A model generated the notes under the pieces. The model saw only the letters and a program-made list of their open reading frames with translations, ran no database searches and was not told where the DNA came from. DNA of 63,327 nucleotides, counting the filler, from Myxococcota bacterium (lineage in GTDB: Bacteria > Myxococcota_C > UBA6777), in the NCBI GenBank assembly GCA_023150835.1. It is 3 parts of 3 records of this genome, joined end to end, with 100 filler letters (N's around TTAATTAATTAA, not from the genome) between each part and the next. Parts side by side here need not be neighbours in the genome. Positions count along the whole stretch, not along the records: positions 29,636 to 58,694 come from JAKLKB010000083.1; positions 58,795 to 63,327 come from JAKLKB010000024.1; 1 more part is not named here. One strand, written 5' to 3'. Below are positions 58,616-63,327 of the stretch, one piece after another. Position 1 is the stretch's first letter. Each line of letters starts with the position of its first letter. The position numbers and the translations under genes are program-made.

Positions 58616-58694
58616 GACGAGATCCGCCCGTTGAGTGATCGTAAAAATGTAGGGGCAGCCCCCTGTGGCTGCCCAACCATCGGGCGGTTCGCGA
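58616..58694 (+). mobile_element. MITE family A copy truncated by the contig end
   Basis: TCA|GACGAGATCCGCC...GTAGGGGCAGCCCCCTGTGGCTGCCC. Confidence 0.8.
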
Positions 58695-58794
58695 NNNNNN
58701 NNNNNNNNNNNNNNNNNNNNNNNNNNNNNNNNNNNNNNTTAATTAATTAANNNNNNNNNNNNNNNNNNNNNNNNNNNNNNNNNNNNNNNNNNNN
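58695..58794. other. Artificial contig linker
   Basis: N44-TTAATTAATTAA-N44. Confidence 0.97.
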
Positions 58795-58919
58795 CGATTT
58801 CTGCAACCCAATTCTTTCTGAAGCCTCCGAAGCACCCGAAGCACCCGAAGCATTCGCTTTCATCTCCCACCAAGCCTGTTCGCTTCGCTCACACACGCCT
58901 GTGGTGGGAGCCTTCCCGC

Positions 58920-59591
58920 TCATCTTGTGGTAAATTGGATATTGATCGGATCATCCATATCGATGGATTGGCTGCGCGCACACAGGGCTTCTGGTGAGAC
59001 CGATGGGCCAAGCGCGAGAAAGTCTTGCCATGTCCAAAAGCCCGTATAGTCGGCTGTTGTTTGCATCGGCGATTCGGCTTGGTAGACGATCAAGTATTTG
59101 AGCGCAGGCAAGCGCTGGCTTGCGAAGGTTTGGGGCGTAGCGACGGCGATCTCGGGGCAGATCGTGTGTACCATCTCGACGTAGCGGGCTTGGCGGAAGT
59201 TTGGAATCAAGAACAGGGCTTGAACCTGCGCAAGTTCAAGCGCATACGCAAGCTCATCGGTGCGGTACGACGGATTGATATTGACCAAGACGATCCCTGT
59301 ACGCGCCGTCGCCATCTGCAACAACAACCATTCGAGATTGTCTGTTGACCAGATACCGACACGCGCTCCGCGTTCAAGGCCCAATGCCATCAAAGAACAA
59401 GCGACCTCGTCGATCGCTCGATCGAGTTGGGCGTAGGTGACGCGGCGTTGGTGAGGGATCGAGACGAAGGCGTCGTTGTCAGGATAACGCGCAACGATCT
59501 TTCGCAGATGCGCATCCACGGTGCTTCCGAGCAATCGTTCTGTTCCGCCTGTGTGAAGGTATGCGTGAGAAAGTGTCGGTGTATCGGCCAT
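58920..59591 (-). pseudogene. Acyl-CoA synthetase (AMP-binding), 3'-truncated
   Basis: LVNINPSYR..EL.YAL; ends DDPINIQFT-TR-stop where TSGTTG is expected. Confidence 0.8.
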
Positions 59592-59791
59592 CTTGGATGT
59601 TCCTTCGATCTGTATGGGAGTCTTTTGGATCTCGCGCAAAACGCTTGAGTGTGTTTTGATGCGCATCAAGCCTCTCACCGATCTACGCCCACGCTGCAAG
59701 ATGTAGAGGCGTGATCGAGAAGCCTTTGGGTACGAGAGAGCCTGTGGGATCGTTGTATCGCGTACATCGCAAGACAAAGCAAGGAGCTATC

Positions 59792-60811
59792 GTGACGAAG
59801 AAGTCTTTTGGGGTCGGGTGTTTGTGGCTTGAACAAACCGTATCAAACGGGCGCCTGCCGTTGAAACAAGCTTTATCAAGCGGGCTTCTGGGATCCAAGC
59901 GAGCCGCATCAGACGGGCTTCTGGGATCCAAGCGAGCCGCATCAGACGGGCTTCTGGGATCCAAGCGAGCCGCATCAGACGGGCCTTTGGGATCCAAGCG
60001 AGCCGCCTCAGACGGGCCTCTGGGATCGAAACAAGCTTTTGGGGCCAGATGGACATGGCTTGGGCGGGCTATCGGGGTGGGGTATCTGTGGCTTGGGCGG
60101 GCTATCGGGGTGGGATGTCTGTGGCTTGGGCTGTGGAGCAACGTACAAGGCGACACCAACGGTCCGTCCAAAAAGACCCCACAACCGCAGAAAGGTGTGG
60201 TGATCAAAGCTCTTTCGCCGCTTGAACAAAAAGCACGCAACGCACGAGCGCAAGCTACTTCGCGTCCGACTTCTCGGCCTATGGGGGCGATACGAGCGCC
60301 CCGTCCATCTCCGACCGTTGTGCGTGTCCCGCCGCTGTCTGTGGGGACGCGGTATTTTTTACGCCCTGTTCCTCGCGTGATCTTGTTTTCCAAAGGCAAA
60401 AAGCCTGAACACGCTTACAATATCGCGCTGTTGGCAGAGCGGTTGCAAAAAGCGCCTCACAGCTTGGTGAACAAGACGGTTGATATCGAAGGTTTGGTGA
60501 TCCGCGATGTCAAGGCGCTCAACTGCACGTTGATGTTGTGCCTCAAAGGGTTTCCTTGTTGCAACCGTTGTTCGCAGCCGTTGATGTTGCGCGATGCGTG
60601 GGGCCAACAAGGATTCGTCTTCGGTGGCCTCTACAAAGGCCGCTACGTCGGATGTTCAGGAACAGAGTGCTCGCAGATCTGCGCTCCGTTGGTGCAAAAC
60701 AAGCGTTATCGACTGCGTGTGACGATCAAAAAACTCGATATCTGGAGCGCCACCAAGCTTTCTGTTTACGAGATGTATCACCTGCATCTTGTGTCCTTCC
60801 GCCCGTTGTGA
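59792..60811 (+). CDS. Hypothetical, probably exported Cys-containing protein with repeat-expanded N-terminus
   Basis: AAGGAG plus GTG; 33-bp and 30-bp in-frame repeats; CTLMLC..CCNRC..C..C..C. Confidence 0.6.
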   Translation: MTKKSFGVGCLWLEQTVSNGRLPLKQALSSGLLGSKRAASDGLLGSKRAASDGLLGSKRAASDGPLGSKRAASDGPLGSKQAFGARWTWLGRAIGVGYLWLGRAIGVGCLWLGLWSNVQGDTNGPSKKTPQPQKGVVIKALSPLEQKARNARAQATSRPTSRPMGAIRAPRPSPTVVRVPPLSVGTRYFLRPVPRVILFSKGKKPEHAYNIALLAERLQKAPHSLVNKTVDIEGLVIRDVKALNCTLMLCLKGFPCCNRCSQPLMLRDAWGQQGFVFGGLYKGRYVGCSGTECSQICAPLVQNKRYRLRVTIKKLDIWSATKLSVYEMYHLHLVSFRPL

Positions 60812-60917
60812 CGAGAGCTTCATCGGGCTTTGTGTGACATTGTTTGTCGAACAAAAAGTGCAAGTGTCGGCATCCAACAACAACCAAGTGTTGTCGATCC
60901 GCAACAGATGGCAAAAA

Positions 60918-61032
60918 CCCGTGTTCGCGGCATCTCGGACGGCGGCGCTGTAAGTTTGAAAACGCCTATTCGCCCGTCTATATGGGGTCAAGGGGGCAAA
61001 GCTCCCTTGCGGGGTATGGGGCCGCGCCCCAC
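60918..61032 (+). repeat. Structured repeat family B
   Basis: Matches the consensus with compensatory changes. Confidence 0.75.
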
Positions 61033-61101
61033 ACAAAACCATTCAAATGCGAAACTCTACCCAAAGAAGAGAGCGGTGATCTCGATGAGATGGAGCGATG
61101 T

Positions 61102-63327
61102 GTGAGAAACAGAGAAGACATCGTAGTGGTTGGGATGGGCGTTTTTTGCGCGATCGGATCGGATGTATCGGCGTTTTGGTCCTCTTTGGTGGCGGGGCGA
61201 GACGGGATGCGCGAAGTGGCGTCGCTTGAGCCTGCTTTTTCTGCGCGGATCGCGGGCTTGATCCACGAAGAAGAACGTGCGCGTGTGATCGCCTCGGTCG
61301 AAGGGGTTGATCCGTGTGTGTCGTTTGCTTTGCAGGCTGCGCGTGAGGCCAATGCGATGGCGGGAGAGAGCGGGTTTCGCGCATCGCGGGTGGGTTTGGT
61401 GTTTGGAACGAGCATGGGCAGCCATGAAACACGGATGCGCTACAACGATCTGCACGAAGCAAAGGCAGCACGGATGTTGGCGCATCACACGTTTGCTGCG
61501 GCGCAATTTGGCGTCGAGACAGCGCTTGTTGCGGATGCACTCGGCATCCAAGGCCCGCGCTTGACGATCAGCACAGCGTGTACTTCTTCGACCCAAGCCA
61601 TCGGGCTTGCGCGTGAGTTTTTGCACGAAGACTTGGCGGATCGGGTCTTTGTGATCGGGTCCGATCCTTTTGCGATGGAAGTGTTCGCGGGATTTTATAC
61701 CTTAGGCGTGATGAGTGCTTCGCCGTGTGCGCCTTTTGGAGAGCCTGTGGGGATGAATGTCGGAGAAGGCGCAGGGGCTTTGGTGTTGGAGCGCCAGACG
61801 GATGCTGTGCGGCGTGGGGCAACGCTTTACGCTGCGTTGCGTGGCTACGGGATGTCTGTCGATGCCTTCCATCCAACCACGCCCGAACCCGCAGGAAAAG
61901 GTGTCGCGCAGTCGATCCGTGAGGCGCTTTGTGATGCCTCACTGGAGCCACAAGATATCGGCTACTATAACGCTCACGGGACGGGGACCGCGAGCAACGA
62001 CGCTGCCGAATGGAAAGCCATCCAACAAGTCTTTGCAGAACGCGCTGCGATGTTGCCGATCAGCTCGACCAAAAGCTACCTCGGACACGCCCAAGGAGCC
62101 GCTGGAATCCTCGAAGCCATCGCAACGATCATGGCCTTGCGCGAACAAGTCTGCTTGCCTACGCTGCATCTTCACACCAAACGCCGACAAGCGCCCGATG
62201 ATCCGATCGCTTCGGAGGTTCCGCGCCCTTGCTCGTACAACGCCGCGATCAGCCACAACTCGGCCTTTGGCGGCCTCAACGCAACGCTTGTGTTTTCGCA
62301 CCCCACATCGCCCGACTTCGCTCTGGATGGGCGTGATGGGATGGACCACAAAGCCTCTACAGCGACCGTCGTTTCAGGACCGACGTTGTCTCTTGCTCGT
62401 TCGATCGCGAAGGATGCGCTCTCGATCTCGATCGCGGAGGATGCGCTCTCGGTGGTGTACGTCTTGGGGGTCGGATCGGTGACCGCGCATGGGACGGGCG
62501 GGATCTTGGATGCGTTGCGCGAAGGCAAGCCGTTGAAGCGGTGGCCCGAAGAGACGCGCTGGTTGGCAAGCGAACACAAGCAAGCGGGCTTTGTCCCGAA
62601 GATCGAGACGGGTGGACTCTTGCGGCGCGGAGAGACACGTGGAATGGACGATATCTCTCGCTATTTGACGATGGCGAGTGCAGCAGCCCTTCAAGACGCA
62701 GGGATCGCCATACGTGGAGATCTGCGCGAGCGAACGGGCCTTTTTGCGGGAGTTTCGCGTATCCCTGCGGAAAGCTGCTGGCGATTTTTGCGGATCGCAC
62801 GAGAGCGCGGATGGCATCGTGCGCCTGCCCATGAGTTCGCACGCTTGGTTCTCAACGCACCTGCGGGGGCTTGTTCGTTGGCGCTGGCGTTGCGCGGTGC
62901 GGGGACGACCTTGGTCGGTGCGGGAAGTGGCCTGATGGCGGCGATCTACGGAGTTTGGTGGCTGCGATCGCGCCCCGATACAGAAGTGATGTTGGTCGCA
63001 GGATGCGATGAGTTGGGTGACGACGATCTGCGCGAACACGAGAACACCGAGACGGGGCCTTTTCTTTCCGAAGGAGCAGGTGTTGTGGTCTTGGCCAACG
63101 CGCAGATCTGCAAAAGAGAGGGCATCGTGCCTCAAATCGCCGTCCGTGCGGTCTCCGTGATCGGAACGCTCAAAAGTGCCGATGATGGGGCCATTCGCGA
63201 GGCGCTTGGTTCTTGGATGCTGCGCGCAGGGCAGCCTGACGCGATCTTTTGGGCGGGTTCTTCGGATGCCAAAATCTCTCTGTTTCAAGAGATCATGTCG
63301 CCGTTGTATGGCCCGCAGGTTGCGCGG
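61102..63327 (+). CDS. Beta-ketoacyl synthase fused to a chain-length-factor-like domain; runs off the window and is absent from the ORF track
   Basis: Hand translation gives IVVVGMG, ISTACTSS, NAHGTGT..ND, STKSYLGH..GAAG, NSAFGG, then a second KS-like domain (LVLNAPAGACSLAL) with no stop between. Confidence 0.88.
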   Translation, partial: MRNREDIVVVGMGVFCAIGSDVSAFWSSLVAGRDGMREVASLEPAFSARIAGLIHEEERARVIASVEGVDPCVSFALQAAREANAMAGESGFRASRVGLVFGTSMGSHETRMRYNDLHEAKAARMLAHHTFAAAQFGVETALVADALGIQGPRLTISTACTSSTQAIGLAREFLHEDLADRVFVIGSDPFAMEVFAGFYTLGVMSASPCAPFGEPVGMNVGEGAGALVLERQTDAVRRGATLYAALRGYGMSVDAFHPTTPEPAGKGVAQSIREALCDASLEPQDIGYYNAHGTGTASNDAAEWKAIQQVFAERAAMLPISSTKSYLGHAQGAAGILEAIATIMALREQVCLPTLHLHTKRRQAPDDPIASEVPRPCSYNAAISHNSAFGGLNATLVFSHPTSPDFALDGRDGMDHKASTATVVSGPTLSLARSIAKDALSISIAEDALSVVYVLGVGSVTAHGTGGILDALREGKPLKRWPEETRWLASEHKQAGFVPKIETGGLLRRGETRGMDDISRYLTMASAAALQDAGIAIRGDLRERTGLFAGVSRIPAESCWRFLRIARERGWHRAPAHEFARLVLNAPAGACSLALALRGAGTTLVGAGSGLMAAIYGVWWLRSRPDTEVMLVAGCDELGDDDLREHENTETGPFLSEGAGVVVLANAQICKREGIVPQIAVRAVSVIGTLKSADDGAIREALGSWMLRAGQPDAIFWAGSSDAKISLFQEIMSPLYGPQVAR

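Noticed and set aside
18264-58694. G-rich to C-rich skew switch as a replication origin or terminus
   Set aside because: The switches coincide with the contig linkers, so arbitrary contig orientation explains them

Overview
Draft-genome (probably MAG) sequence from a myxobacterium-like deltaproteobacterium. This is inferred from a MYXO-CTERM protein, a myxosortase-like CPBP protease, Cys-rich surface proteins, a DUF4388 regulator and a Ser/Thr kinase. The window is three contigs joined by artificial N44-TTAATTAATTAA-N44 linkers (29536-29635 and 58695-58794), so synteny across the linkers means nothing. It holds about 40 CDS, including fmt, rsmB, larE, a pcs-like gene, an ArsA/Get3-type pair, a DnaC-like ATPase, an expansin, an NTT-HEAT-cNMP transporter and a KS-CLF fusion. 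I saw no rRNA, tRNA, cas or transposase genes. Most notable observations: (1) a secreted cationic 18-Cys protein whose Cys spacing is mirror-symmetric, suggesting a giant disulfide-laddered beta-hairpin; (2) a family of about 12 MITEs with 3-bp TNA target duplications that land on stop codons, with empty-site evidence inside the window; (3) a 41-bp IS200/IS605-type mini element that splits a C5 DNA methyltransferase; (4) a soluble FtsH-like protease, a small partner and a giant HEAT-inactive-STAND-TPR protein that look like a conflict system; (5) a second dispersed repeat family with covarying stems; (6) the probable end of a CRISPR array at the window start. Several genes look like pseudoenzymes. 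All family assignments come from reading motifs by eye; no database searches were run.
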